Shown here: one piece after another, positions 27,333 through 41,231 of the stretch
Position numbering within the stretch: position 1 is the first letter of the stretch
How the letters are laid out: every line of letters starts with the position of its first letter
Assembly: GCA_964016885.1 (NCBI GenBank)
Contig: OZ024749.1
Location: 1,550,001-1,614,000 of the forward strand
DNA from: Eledone cirrhosa
Taxonomy: Eukaryota
Direction of reading: 5' to 3'
DNA length: 64,000 nucleotides
Notes under the pieces: model-generated
Told to the model about the DNA's origin: nothing
Database searches by the model: none
The model's input: only the letters and a program-made list of their open reading frames with translations
Program-made: the position numbers and the translations under genes

Positions 27333-27455
27333 AAACGAAGGAAATGTGGTAGGAACCAGATGGACCCCGACGGCTGAGCTCAAGCCGTCTGGACTCGTTT
27401 AGAATTGGCCGTCGAAACGGCTTGAGCTCAGCCGTCGGGGTCCTACTCGTTCCTA
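27333..27455. mobile_element. Second fold-back copy of the 26553 family
   Basis: Contains gccgtcGAAACggcttgagctcagccgtcgggg and its inverse. Confidence 0.7.
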
Positions 27456-27947
27456 TATATATATATATATATAGATTATATATATATATAGATTATATAT
27501 ATATACTGAGCTGTATAACTATGCCTGTTTTTATTTCCGAGTCAACGAAAAAACAATGACCTGCTAGAAATAGCAGTCAAATCTCCCCTAAACCAGGACC
27601 TACTAGAAATAGCAGCGAGATCTTTCTCAAACTGTCTTTAAAATTGAATGCTGAGACAGCACATGATTTCATGTATTTAATCATAGGTCTATTCGATCTG
27701 TGAACATTTTTTAACGTTTTCTGTAATTCTAGCTTTAGTTGTATTTGATACCCAATAGATTCGTAGTATATAATAGTTTATATTACTGTAATACTAGTAG
27801 AAATACAGAACTATTTGTACTACTTTACATACAGATATTAGTAGAACTACAGAACTATATATGCTACTATATATATATAGTTGCATATATATATATATAT
27901 ATATATAGAAATTACATGAATCAAAGTTCTGTTCAAACCATTTATTA

Positions 27948-27992
27948 GCTTACAATTGTTTCGTCCAAACCGAGGTTTGGAGTCTTCGGAGC
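27948..27992 (-). ncRNA. Hammerhead ribozyme motif
   Basis: Minus strand: gct-CCGAAGA-c-tccaaac-ctcg-gtttgga-c-GAAAC-aatt-GTA-agc. Confidence 0.72.
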
Positions 27993-28194
27993 AATTTTTC
28001 AATGATTGTTTACATACATGACCTCCTTTCCAACACAAGAGACATACAGAAACATATGTATATATCGATGCACAGTGGGGTGACATCCATTATAATATTT
28101 TAGCATGGCAATTTACATTCAAAAATTAAAATCATATATATAATCATATATAATAATCATATATAATAATCATATATAATAATCATATATTATA

Positions 28195-28252
<58 letters not shown>

Positions 28253-28320
28253 TACCCATTGTAAGTTGACCGTTGAGGTCTATATTTTGGATATATCACT
28301 ATCTTATACATCAAATATTG

Positions 28321-28368
28321 TATTTTATCTGATGAGGGCAGACTATAATCCTTGAAATATAATAAAAT
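28321..28368 (+). ncRNA. Degenerate hammerhead motif
   Basis: tattttat-CTGATGA-ggg...cctt-GAAA-tata-ataaaata; the cleavage triplet appears deleted. Confidence 0.55.
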
Positions 28369-28850
28369 AAATATGATGCTATAGTGATATATTTTCCATT
28401 TATTGCTACTACTATTATTATAATACTCCAGATAAATTTTACTTGTCGAGTGCTTCATATCTGTTATGAACATAACTCTGTTGAATACTTAAAGTCTATA
28501 ACTCATGGTTTATATATATATTAGTATATGCACACATATACACACATTTATATGCACACATCATACACACATACCTACATGAGCTATATAACTATATAAC
28601 AGCTGTCGCTCACTCCTTCCGTATTTACATACATACACACACACATATGTATGTATGTGAATAAATAACCCAAGTGCATGAATCAAACGCACACAAATGC
28701 GCATATATGATAACCTAACACAGGCACACACTGACACACCAACAGAGGCACACACCCAGCTGACACACCAACACAGGCACCTGTATGAACATTATTTAGG
28801 GGATCGTGTCATAAATCTTTAATTTAATTCTTCATTGAATCACCATGTTG

Positions 28851-29204
<354 letters not shown>

Positions 29205-29354
29205 TCTCTTTCTCTCATACCCCACCCCCCTCTCCCACATTTCCCGAGAAATAAGTTAATGTTTTTTAATTAAAATATTGCAACAAGTACCAGTCCAGAA
29301 CTAAGGTCGATTCTTCCTCTATAGAAAAAATCGACTGTGTTCAGACCTGGAGAG

Positions 29355-30600
29355 GGTTGGGCTGCACCAAGTTTAAGCCTGCCCTAGACACTCCATATGA
29401 CGGTGACTCTACAAGGAGTTATGGGACTTTATCTGGGCTCCACCAGGTTTAAAACTGCCCTAGACACACCATATGACGGTGACTCTACAAGGAGTTATGG
29501 GACTTTATCTGGGCTCCACCAGGTTTAAAACTGCCCTAGACACACCATATGACGGTGACTCTACAAGGAGTTATGGGACTTTATCTGGGCTCCACCAGGT
29601 TTAAAACTGCCCTAGACACACCATATGACAGTGACTCTACCACTCTACAAGGAGTTATGGGACTTTATCTGGGCTCCACCAGGTTTAAAACTGCCCTAGA
29701 CACACCATATGACGGTGACTCTACAAGGAGTTATGGGACTTTATCTGGGCTCCACCAGGTTTAAAACTGCCCTAGACACACCATATGACAGTGACTCTAC
29801 CACTCTACAAGGAGTTATGGGACTTTATCTGGGCTCCACCAGGTTTAAAACTGCCCTAGACACACCATATGACGGTGACTCTACAAGGAGTTATGGGACT
29901 TTATCTGGGCTCCACCAGGTTTAAAACTGCCCTAGACACACCATATGACGGTGACTCTACAAGGAGTTATGGGACTTTATCTGGGCTGCACCAAGTTTAA
30001 GCCTGCCCTAGACACACCATATGACGGTGACTCTACAAGGAGTTATGGGACTTTATCTGGGCTCCACCAGGTTTAAAACTGCCCTAGACACACCATATGA
30101 CGGTGACTCTACAAGGAGTTATGGGACTTTATCTGGGCTCCACCAGGTTTAAAACTGCCCTAGACAGACCATATGACGGTGACTCTACAAGGAGTTATGG
30201 GGGACTTTATCTGGGCTCCACCAGGTTTAAAACTGCCCTAGACAGACCATATGACGGTGACTCTACAAGGAGTTATGGGACTTTATCTGGGCTCCACCAG
30301 GTTTAAAACTGCCCTAGACAGACCATATGACGGTGACTCTACAAGGAGTTATGGGGGACTTTATCTGGGCTCCACCAGGTTTAAAACTGCCCTAGACAGA
30401 CCATATGACGGTGACTCTACAAGGAGTTATGGGACTTTATCTGGGCTCCACCAGGTTTAAAACTGCCCTAGACAGACCATATGACGGTGACTCTACAAGG
30501 AGTTATGGGGGACTTTATCTGGGCTCCACCAGGTTTAAAACTGCCCTAGACACACCATATGACGGTGACTCTACCACTCGACAAGGAGTTATGGGGTCTT
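29355..30600. repeat. 76-bp tandem repeat, ~16 copies with 84-bp and 78-bp variants
   Basis: Unit ctgggctccaccaggtttaaaactgccctagacacaccatatgacggtgactctacaaggagttatgggactttat. Confidence 0.95.
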
Positions 30601-31149
30601 TATCCTTTATTGTAAAATGGTGCTAAACATGGAAGTTTATTTTTAGTAAGGAATAAATTTATTGGGATAGGTGGAAAATGGAAAGCGCTTGTAACAACCG
30701 TAGAAGATATAATATTGAGAAACTTAGTGGAAGGAAGAACTTAGTTTCTCGGAGATATTCACCAGATTATATCGAAATAAACGATGAACATGAAATTACA
30801 TTATAGCAAAGTTCACATTTTCCCAAAAGAAATATGTTGGCAATGTAGATATCTTGAAATTACAAACACAAACACCAATGTTAGCGTGGAATATGGACAT
30901 TAAACGATGATGATGATGAAATGTCATAGATGTTGACAAATTCCTGCCAAACATGTGGTGACCATGACTTGGTTTCGAATCCCCGTCGTTGCTATGCATG
31001 CAAATCATATCCCCCGCCTACTTCTTATGAATCTAATGCAGACGTGTTAGTAAAAACTGAACGCAGTGCCTTGTGGTATGTTATTTGACTCTGTGCTCCC
31101 CAAGTTCAAATCCTGTCTCCATCTGATGGGAATTATGATCGACAGATTA

Positions 31150-31500
31150 ACTGTAGATTCTACAATACCAGGAATTATCGGCAAACTGTGGCGTTCGAGA
31201 CGTTTGGGAGCGGGGAGGGAGCTTGGGGCCGCTGACAACAACATTTTTTTTTAATTGTTGCCTGGCATAAGTATCAGGTGATTCCTCTGCGAGCAGTGCT
31301 GGATTTAGGAGAAATGAGTCACTGCTTTTTAAGTTATGAGGCCCCTTACTTGGGCCCTGAAGGAGGTAATTCATCGTTTAAGCACACCTAAGCACAATGG
31401 TAAATCCGACTCTGCTCGCAAGGATGCTTGGGTGTTCCAGCACCTTAGCCCCCTTGCTATCACCTGCGACTATGCTGCCAGTGTGTTGGCTTTCCTCAAA
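31150..31500 (+). mobile_element. Third CRE-like RLE C-terminal remnant
   Basis: YRQTVAFETFG..GAWG and DSARKDAWVFQHLSPLAITCDYAASVL; interrupted by a possible hAT end near 31293. Confidence 0.55.
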
Positions 31501-31647
31501 AATTATATTCATTTGGTATTGAGAACTCCTCTTAGCCGTCAACCACATATGTATATATATGTGTGTGTGTGCACTCTTGTCTCATGATCCAATGATAAAC
31601 AGGCGAAACTCCAGAGCAACAGAACTAATTAGCCTTAATAAAAATGA

Positions 31648-32805
31648 ATCATCATCATCGTTTAACTTCCATTTTCCATGCTAGCATGGGTTAGACGGGT
31701 TGTCCCATTAGAGGCAAATTGAGTCAGGTGACCTTGTCTTGCTCATATAGAATTGTTTCTGGCTAGATTTCTATGACTGGATGCCCTTCCTAATGCCAAC
31801 CACATTTACAGTGAATACTGGGTGCTTTTTGTCGTGAAACCTACACGACCACTTTACAGTGTGTGCTGGGTGCTTTTTGCTGTGACACCTACACAACCAC
31901 TTTACAGTGTGTGCTGGGTGCTTTTTATCGTGAAACCTACACGACCACTTTACAGTGTGAGCTGGGTGCTTTTTGTCATGACACCTACACAACCACTTTA
32001 CAGTGTGTGCTGGGTGCTTTTTGTCGTGAAACCTACACAACCACTTTACAGTGTGTGCTGGGTGCTTTTTGCTGTGACACCTACACGACCACTTTACAGT
32101 GTGTGCTGGGTGCTTTTTGTCGTGAAACCTACACGACCACTTTACAGTGTGAGCTGGGTGCTTTTTGTCGTGACACCTACACAACCACTTTACAGTGTGT
32201 GCTGGGTGCTTTTTGTCGTGAAACCTACACAACCATTTTACAGTGTGTGCTGGGTGCTTTTTGCTGTGACACCTGCACACCCACTTTACAGTGTGTGCTG
32301 GGTGCTTTTTGTCGTGAAACCTACACGACCACTTTACAGTGTGAGCTGGGTGCTTTTTGTTGTGACACCTACACAACCACTTTACAGTGTGTGCTGGGTG
32401 CTTTTTGTCGTGAAACCTACACAACCATTTTACAGTGTGTGCTGGGTGCTTTTTGCTGTGATACCTACACGACCACTTTACAGTGTGTACTGGGTGCTTT
32501 TTGTCGTGAAACCTACACAACCACTTTACAGTGTGTGCTGGGTGCTTTTTGCTGTGACACCTACACGACCACTTTACAGTGTGAGCTGGGTGCTTTTTGC
32601 TGTGACACCTGCACACCCACTTTACAGTGTGAGCTGGGTGCTTTTTGCTGTGACACCTGCACAACCACTTTACAGTGTGTTCTGGGTGCTTTTTGCTGTG
32701 ACACCTGCACAACCACTTTACAGTTTGTGCTGGGTGCTTTTTGTTGTGACACCTGCACAACCACTTTACAGTGTGTGTTGGGTGCTTTTTTGTTGTGATA
32801 CCAAC
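31648..32805 (-). repeat. SINE/RTE tail with its internal 48-bp unit amplified ~20-fold
   Basis: (ATC)n tail at 31648; unit ccactttacagtgtgtgctgggtgctttttgtcgtgaaacctacacga; about 2 units in the SINE at 63708. Confidence 0.9.
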
Positions 32806-32807
32806 AT

Positions 32808-32970
32808 GTGAAGGTGAATGGCTTAGTAGTTAGAGCATTGGGCTTGCAATCAAAAGGTTGTGAGTTCAATTCTCGGACCGGGTGATGTGTTGTTTCCTTG
32901 AGCAAGACACTTTATTTCATGTTGCTCCAGTTTACTCAACTGTAGAAATGAGATGATAGGACTGGGGTCC
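32808..32970 (+). mobile_element. tRNA-derived SINE head (family A)
   Basis: A box tggcttagtag, B box gagttcaattc, core ccttgagcaagacactt. Confidence 0.85.
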
Positions 32971-33239
32971 CGAACAGTAAATCATCCAAGGCACCTCCAA
33001 CGAGATATACCTTGGAGGAGGCCAGCTAAACCTGCATAGGTGTGAGCTGTCACATACACACACAACATAACTTAACAGTGTAAGGGTGGTGTGGACAGAA
33101 GTGTGGGTGTATGGAAGGGGGTATAGTGGTCAAGAGGTGCCTACTAGATGTATGTTGGAGTCTGAGCACATGGGAAAGCATGTCTTCTGTACTACTGCAC
33201 AACACCAAAGATCTCAATCCTGAGTCATTGTCTTGGAGA

Positions 33240-33290
<51 letters not shown>

Positions 33291-33369
33291 TATATGTGTG
33301 TCCCCGTAATCATGACGGTGTACTTGCCCTCACTGACTAATAAGAAGGTAGCTTGGAAGTGTCACTACG

Positions 33370-34775
33370 AGAGACTACTGAATGTGGTGAATGAATGGAA
33401 TAAAGATATAAAGATAGTCTGCCCCAAATCGATCCAATAGAAGGACCAGCTGTGCAAGTTAATGGTAATGTAGTAAGTAAGGCAATCAAAAATATGAAGA
33501 CAGGTAGGGCAGCTGGGCCTTCGGGGATAGTTGCTGAAATGTTGAAGGCATCTGGAATGGTGGGATATACTATGGTCAGCCGAATAGTAAACCAAGTCAT
33601 ACAGAATGGTGTCATACCAAATGACTGGCGTAGCAGCATCTTCATCAACTCTTACAAGGGCAAAGGAGATGCTCTAGATAGGAGAAACTATAGAGGCATT
33701 AAGTTAGTTGACCAGGTCATGAAGGTCGCAGAAAGAGTTATTATTCAACTGATTAGAGACCAAATTGATCTAGATGAAATGCAGTTTGGGTTTTTTCCTT
33801 GTATGGCAAATACAGTAGAAGTACCTAGCTAAAAGTAAACGCCTCTACTTAGCTTTTGTTGACCTGGAGAAGGCCTTTGACAGAGTTCCACGCACCTTAA
33901 TCTGGTGGGCTCTTAGAAAACTAGGAGTGGAAGAATGGCTTGCGAGAGCTATACAAGCCATGTATAAAGAAACAGTCAGCAAGGTTAGAATTAACAATGA
34001 ATATAGTGATGAGTTCAGAGAGTTAATACCGCTGTTGGCCACAAGGGGTTTTTCTCTAAAAATAAAAGGCAGATTGTATGATGCATGTATACGAACAGCA
34101 ATGTTACATGGTAGTGAGACTTGGGCATTGTGTGCTGAAGACCTGCATAGATTAGAAATAAATAAAGCTTGCATGCTCCGATGGATGTGTAATAGTAATG
34201 TACTCGAACGCCAAAGCATAAACGAATTGAGAGAGAGACTAAGCATAAGAGGTATCGATTGTTGTGTTCTGGAGAGGAGATTGCGTTGGTATGGACATGT
34301 GATGCGTATGGACGACGACAGCTGTATAAAAAAAGTGCAGGGCAATGAAAATTGATGGAAGCTTCGGAGTGGGTAGACTAAGAAAAACCTGGGACGAGGT
34401 GATAAAAACTGACCCTGCTCACCTACACCTCTCTAAGACAATGTCACTGGATGGAGACCTTTGGCGCCATGCAGTTGTACAGAAGATCAGACTGCCATTA
34501 CATATAAACCTACAGTTAGTAGGCACCTCTTAACTCAATGTACCCCCCACTGCCACATCCTACCCCGCCCTACCCCCTTTTCCGTCCACTGTGTCCTTGG
34601 AGTATTAAGACCAGAACAAAACAAAAACCTTGTGTGTAGCACTAAATGTGTATTTAAGTTGTAGAATGACAAAAATGCTTGTCAACAGAAAATTTGTTAA
34701 CATGACAAAAAGCACCCAGTCCACACTGTAAATGTGGTTGGCGTTAGGAAGGGCATACAACTGTAGAAACCAAGC
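33370..34775 (+). mobile_element. RTE LINE RT fragment with internal deletions
   Basis: GRAAGPSG, NYRGIKL, QFGF, DLEKAFDRVP and LHGSETW motifs. Confidence 0.92.
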
Positions 34776-36804
34776 TAAAATCAGTTCTGTATGTACAAAA
34801 CACAGTTGTGAGCTGTAACGATATGATAGGACTGGAGCCCCTATCGTTACAACACTCAAGAGACTTCCGATGAATTCAACCACATAGAAAGCCTGTTAAA
34901 CCTACATAGATGTACAACAACAACAATATGATAGGACTGGGGCTTATTATCATCATACGTCCACTTTTCCCTGCTTGCAAGGGTGTGACAGGTCCTCTCC
35001 ATTTGTCACGGTCCTTCGTCATCTCTGTGAGCAACAGCAATCTGAGGTCAGCTCTCACCATCTCTGCCTGTGTTTTCCGTGGTCTATCATTACAATACCC
35101 AATAAACCTCCTATGAGATACATGATAGGAAACTGACTAAACCTGTATGAGTGTGAGCTGTAACAACATGATAGGACTGTGATACCTATCATTGAAATAC
35201 CCAAGAAACTTCCTATGAGATGTAACCTTATAGGAGGTCAGCTAAACCTACATAGGTGTGAGCTTGACAATAACATGATAGAATTGGGGCCCCTATTGTA
35301 AAAAATACCCCAGAAACTTCCAATCAGATGCCAGCACATTTGCTGGCTAAACTATGTCTTAGCTGTAACACTGAAATAATCTGAGCAAATATCTAAGGTG
35401 CAGTGTTGCAGTTTTAATCTGTGCACATTCTTTTGTTCTTTTGCTGGTTTCAGTCATTAGACTGTGGCCATGCTGGGGCACGGCATTCTTTTACTAGTTT
35501 CAGTCATTAGACTGCGGTCATGCTGGGGCACGACATTCTTTTATTCTTTTACTGGTTTCAGTCATTTGACTAGCCCTTGAAAGGATTTAGTCAATCATAT
35601 TGACTCCAGTACTTATTTTGTTGATGTCTGTTTGTTGAACTGCTAAGTTATAGGACATAAATACAGATATTGGTGCGTGCGCATGCCAATATCTGTATTT
35701 ATGCACACATACACACACACAACACACACACATTAATGCAACACTTATCAATTTGACTGTATTCCCACTGCCTATAGTGGCAAGAGGACTAGTTGCTACC
35801 ACATGGTTACTGTTTTACAAGTATGTAGACAGAGTAATTTGATACTGAAGTATCTTGGCTAGGAATAAAGTGCTTTTGATAAAAAGATATGAAACAGTGA
35901 CTTGATGGCTGTCTAGTTGTCTAGTACAATCATACACTTGGTACTGGCAGGAGTTCAGGACTGAAAGTGTTATTTTTCTTATTCTGAAGAGCAAGCCCTG
36001 CCTTTGTACTTGTGCCGACATTCACCCAGAATAGATTGAGCTGGCTCCAAACTCAGGCCACTCGTGCATGGTGATCACAAACATCTGATGCAGATATTGA
36101 CATCCAGTCTCGAATACATATACGACAGCTCATATATGACAGCTCCAACCATTGGATCTACAGTCATTAGACTGTGGCCCTGCTGGGGCACCGCACTCTT
36201 TTATACTTTTACTGGTTTCATTCATTTGACTGTGGTCACGCTGGAGTACAACATTCTTTTCTTTTCAGTCATTAGTCTGTGGCCAGACTGGTGCACCACA
36301 TTCTTTTACTGGTTTCATCCAAACTTAGGCCGCCCATGCATGGCAATCGGTGATGTCCGACACAGATGTTGTCAACCAGTCACAATTCCAAGCCAGATGT
36401 GGCTTTCACCACATATGTCAGCACCCAACAAGTGACTCCACAGCTTCAGAAACACAGGCCACACAAACATTTGATGTAGATATTGTCATCCAGTATATGA
36501 CAGCTTCACAAACACAGGCCACCCATCCGACACAGTCAGCCAACCTTGACTTGAATGACGTTTACCATATATGACAGCTCCAAGCATTGGATCTGTCATA
36601 GTTCAGTGATGCCTAGAGATGAGAGACATGATATACGTGAGGAGCAGATATTAGCTCAAGTATGGGTGTAACCCATACAGTATTAGTTATGTTCATGTTA
36701 TGAGCCTCCTATATGTTATGATATCAGAAAGGTGAAGGTGTGAGCTGTAGAGTGGTTTCTTTGCTAAGTGTGTTCTTCAGGGTTTGTTCCGGGTGAATGC
36801 AGCA

Positions 36805-37850
36805 TTAATCTTCTTTATGAATGTTTGTGTCATGGATTCCGTTGTAGCCGTCACAATGTTGTCCAACATGACCATTTAGGTCACCAGCAATAATTATGTA
36901 GTCACTGTCGGTTAGTTGGGAGGTAGCGAGTATTCGGGACTCGTAGAATCTGTCTTTTATAACGCCAGGCAGTCCGGATTGGAGTGCATAAGCGGATATT
37001 ATTGTCACGTTAGTTCTATTTAGGACAAGTCTTATTTTAATTATTCTGACGTTCACTCTATTTACGTGAATTACCTTATCTACCCATTTTTCTAGCATAA
37101 TTCCTACTCCACCAAGCCCATTGTCATTTCCCACCCAGAAAAGTTTATAGCATCGTTTTTTACCCACAATAAATCTAGTAGACCCACCCCTCCACCTGGT
37201 CTCTTGAACACAGCAAACATCAACTTCCTTACGATCAAGCATCTCTACAACCTCGTCAGAGCGACCTTTTAAAGTGCCCACATTCATGGTACCAACTCTG
37301 AAGTTTTGGATTTCATTGGGTGGGCGGAAGGGATGGGTTGGAGGTGCAGGGATGGTTGAGGGAGATGGGGTTATGTTAGCCATCCGTGGCCAAAATAAAG
37401 AGAAGTCCTTGCATTCTCGTCTGGCAACATGGGGTGAATTTATCTTTATCTTTGACATTATCATTGAGTGTCCAGATTCTTCAGACTCTCCAGAATTCTA
37501 TAGTCCATCTATCATATCAAAAAGCAACCAGGTCTAAACTTAAGGGAGTGATAGCTGAGGCGGTGGTTTTGTGAAAGAGATTGGTAAGAGAAACATATTA
37601 TAGGCTGCTGAATTATGTTTGGACCAAATAATAATGGTGGCGAGTGTGTGTGTGTATGGGGGGGGGGGGGGATATGGGGAAGTTAACTAGAAGGTTATTT
37701 TACAATATAATCCTACAAATTCGGCCATAATTAAACGAACGTATAACAGTAAACAGAGTTTAAATACGAGAAGATTGTTTTTGAGGGTCTGACAGAATTA
37801 TTGAATAACATTGAAAAGATTGGATTCTAAGTTAAACCGACGATATAATA
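36805..37850 (-). mobile_element. RTE LINE 5'UTR plus APE endonuclease
   Basis: 219-aa ORF containing QETRW, IISAYA and IAGDLNGHVG. Confidence 0.92.
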
Positions 37851-37935
37851 CTGATATATATATATATATACATTACACATATACACCTATACATACATTA
37901 CATATACATATACACCCATACATACATACATAAAC

Positions 37936-38238
37936 ATGGTGGCTGCCAACTCGTTTTCGATTACGGCCACTACTTTATATTCATGTAGGAGAACCCCTAC
38001 CGATGCGCTGAACGAGTGTGACTTTTTAGTCCAGCCACCGACTTGAAAACTCTGGTACAAACACTACACTTGTGACAATTATTGACACATAGTGCTGGGC
38101 CCATGGCACCATGTGACGACAAGTGCAGAGAGATCTCCAGATATAAAGCAATGCCTGTGCCGCGAAGCTTTTATAGTGAGCAAAGGCACTGCACAAAGCC
38201 AGTCCCACTCTCTTAACCAAGATATTTACCAAAAAGAA
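37936..38238 (-). repeat. Dispersed repeat, inverted copy of 40878-41181 (possible RTE-type 5'UTR)
   Basis: High identity over ~300 bp. Confidence 0.7.
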
Positions 38239-39427
38239 CATTACATACACATATACACCCATACATACATTATATACATATGTACACCGATACATACATT
38301 ACATACACATATACACCCATACATACATTACATCACATATACACCCAATATACTGATAATGCATATTTGATTTTTCAATTTTCTCTAAACATTGATATTG
38401 AACACACAAACACATTTGAAATGTATTTATATATGAAAAAGCCCCCTTTAGAGTTTCTTACTACCATTGATAATGATGATGATGATGACAATAATAATAA
38501 TGCTTTCTGATTTAGACACAAGGCCAACAATTCTGGGGTAGGGGAAAGTCGATTAAATCGACCCCAGTGCTTTATTTTATCAGCCTTGTAAAGATGAAAG
38601 GCAAAGTTAGCCTCGGCGGGATTTGAACTCAGAACGCAAAGGGCCGTAACTCTATGCTGTGAAGCATGTTGTCCAACATTCTTTTGATACTGCCATTCCA
38701 CCACCCATTTATACATATGCAAAAATTTGATCTGAAATGAAATAATTGTGATGTGTGTTTGTGAGTGTTTTACCTTGACCTATATATATTTATTGACCAC
38801 TTACTTTTCCTATGAAACATTACAGCTAAGTCTTAAACCTATTTAACTAATTCTCTATTTTTAGCCATACATTTCTCAGCTTTTTTTCCATTTTTCTATA
38901 TTTCCCATGTACCTTTAATATTTCGTCTCCTTCTTACCGACACCAATTTTATACAAGCACCATGATGTCACCTTCCTACCTCTATCCCTATCTCCTATCC
39001 TATGTCAAACATATTGTTTTGGTCAGCCTTAACCCTTTAGCATTTAAACTGACCATATCCGGCCAGAATTCTCTCACCTTTTTCTGTTCAACCTGGCCGT
39101 AATTGGCCACTGATACTGATGTTAAGCTATTGTTCTCAAAATAAATATGAAAATCTCATAGATTCGATATTATGTGAAGTAATAAAATGCTAAGGTATTA
39201 AATTCACTTCCGACCTTCGCCAGAATAAGTCAGCCTTCTCGCTTCTTCTATGTTACAGCTAAGCCCTAAAAATATCTTTCTTTAACATAAGTCTCCGTCC
39301 CACCAGCCCCCTATCTACCTTTTTCTGGCTTGCTGTTTGGTAACGTTTCACAGTTACCCTGCTACATTGTATGTTATATGTATTGTATATGTGTGTATAA
39401 TGTATCTAAACATATATATGTGCATAT

Positions 39428-39915
39428 TCATCATCATCATCGTTTAACGTCTATCTTCCACGCTAGCATGGGTTTAGATGGGAATTGTCCCACTTGAGGC
39501 AAGATTGGTTGTCTTGCTCCTATAAGACTGTCTGGCAGGTTTTCTACGGCTGGATGCCCTTTCTAACACCAACCACGTTTACAGTGTGAACTGGGAGGTT
39601 TTTACCGTGTTACCTACACGGCCACATTACAGCGTGGACTGAGTGTTTTTTTGTTGTGACACCTACACGACCTCATTTATTTAGGACTGGATGTTGTGGC
39701 ACCAACATAACATTACAGAGAAAGGGGTGGTGTAGATGGGGGTGCAGTTAGTGGGATGGGGGTGTATTTTTGATTAAGAGGTGCCTAATGAATGTAGGTT
39801 TCGCTTTGTACTTAGGCAAGGCGGGTCTACTGTATTACTGCGTAACGCCAAAGATCTCGGTCCAGTGACATTGTCTTAGAGAGGTGAAAGTGTGTAAGGT
39901 CGGAATTTATCAAAT
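39428..39915 (-). mobile_element. RTE 3' end
   Basis: Reverse complement closely matches 7550-8040. Confidence 0.9.
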
Positions 39916-40776
39916 TATATATGTATATTGTATGTTGCATATGCTTATATATAAATATATCAAAATAGAGGGCACACAGTACAAAGACAATGAGAAAAAA
40001 AAAACAACGGAAAGACAGACAGTCCTATCTTCTCAGTCAACCTCTGGAAATTACAATTTCGGTTGATTAAGGTTGATACCATTTCTTCCAGTGCACATTA
40101 GGATATAACAAAAGAAGTAGAGACAAGTTATGCCTTCAGGCAAATTACACAAATATAGAGTGCACAAGGGTTTAGCCAAAGGAGAAAAATATAGTCCATT
40201 TAACCTTGGACCATGACCACTAACCCATGCCACCACAGAGGAAAATAGACATTAAACGATGATGATGATATATCATCATTATCGTTTAATGTCTATGGGG
40301 CTGGTGGATTGGCAGTATCGGTAGAAGGTCGGACGCCATCTTTTGACGCATAGTTATGGCCCTTGCCATTCTGAGTTCAAATCCTGCTGAGGTTAACTTT
40401 GCCTTTCATCCTTACGGGGTCAATAAAATAAAGTACCAGTAATGTACTGGGTAATTGCTGGCCTTGTGCCAAAAGTAGAAACAATTCTTGTTTAATGTCT
40501 ATTTTACATGATTGCATGGGTTAGATGGGTTGTCCTGTTATGAGACAAATCATGTTTTACCCATATGTGCACACATACACATATATACGTGTGTCTGTGT
40601 GTCTATCAATTGTTAACTGATGGCTTATGAAGTGCCTTCACATGGTCTACACACCCAAACAATTGTGTGGGTATGTCTGTGTATGTATAAAAGTGCATGT
40701 ATATATGTCTATATATATGTATATATATATAATACATATATGTATGTATAAATATATATATATATATATATATACC

Positions 40777-41181
40777 GGGAGAGATGACCCTTAGCCTTTG
40801 TCAAGGCAGAATTCTAGGAGAAGGAAAACTCTGATATAACACCTGCAACTCTGATGGTATCCAATGATGTTGACTTGTTCTTCTTTTTGGTAAATATCTT
40901 GGTTAAGAGAGTGGGACTGGCTTTGTGCAGTGCCTTTGCTCACTATAAAAGCTTCACGGCACAGGCATTGCTTTCTATCTGGAGATCTCTCTGCACTTGT
41001 CGTCACATGGTACCATGGGCCCAGCACTATGTGTCAATAATTGTCACAAGTGTAGTGTTTGTACCAGAGTTTTCAAGTCGCTGGCTGGACTAAAAAGTCA
41101 CACTCGATCAGCGCATCGGTAGGGGTTCTCCTACATGGATATAAAGTAGTGGCCGTAATCGAAAACGAGTTGGCAGCCACC
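40777..41181 (+). repeat. Dispersed repeat between TA tracts (possible RTE-type 5'UTR)
   Basis: Contains ctaggagaaggaaaactctg, a motif recalled from RTE 5'UTRs; second copy at 37936. Confidence 0.6.
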
Positions 41182-41199
41182 ATTTATATATATATATAC

Positions 41200-41231
<32 letters not shown>

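Noticed and set aside
29355-30600. CRISPR-like array
   Set aside because: No unique spacers, no cas genes and a eukaryotic context; the same applies to the arrays at 50025 and 56722.
31771-32811. Apparent zinc-finger array (CRCHSKKH)
   Set aside because: It is a 48-bp SINE-tail tandem repeat and the spacing does not fit C2H2.
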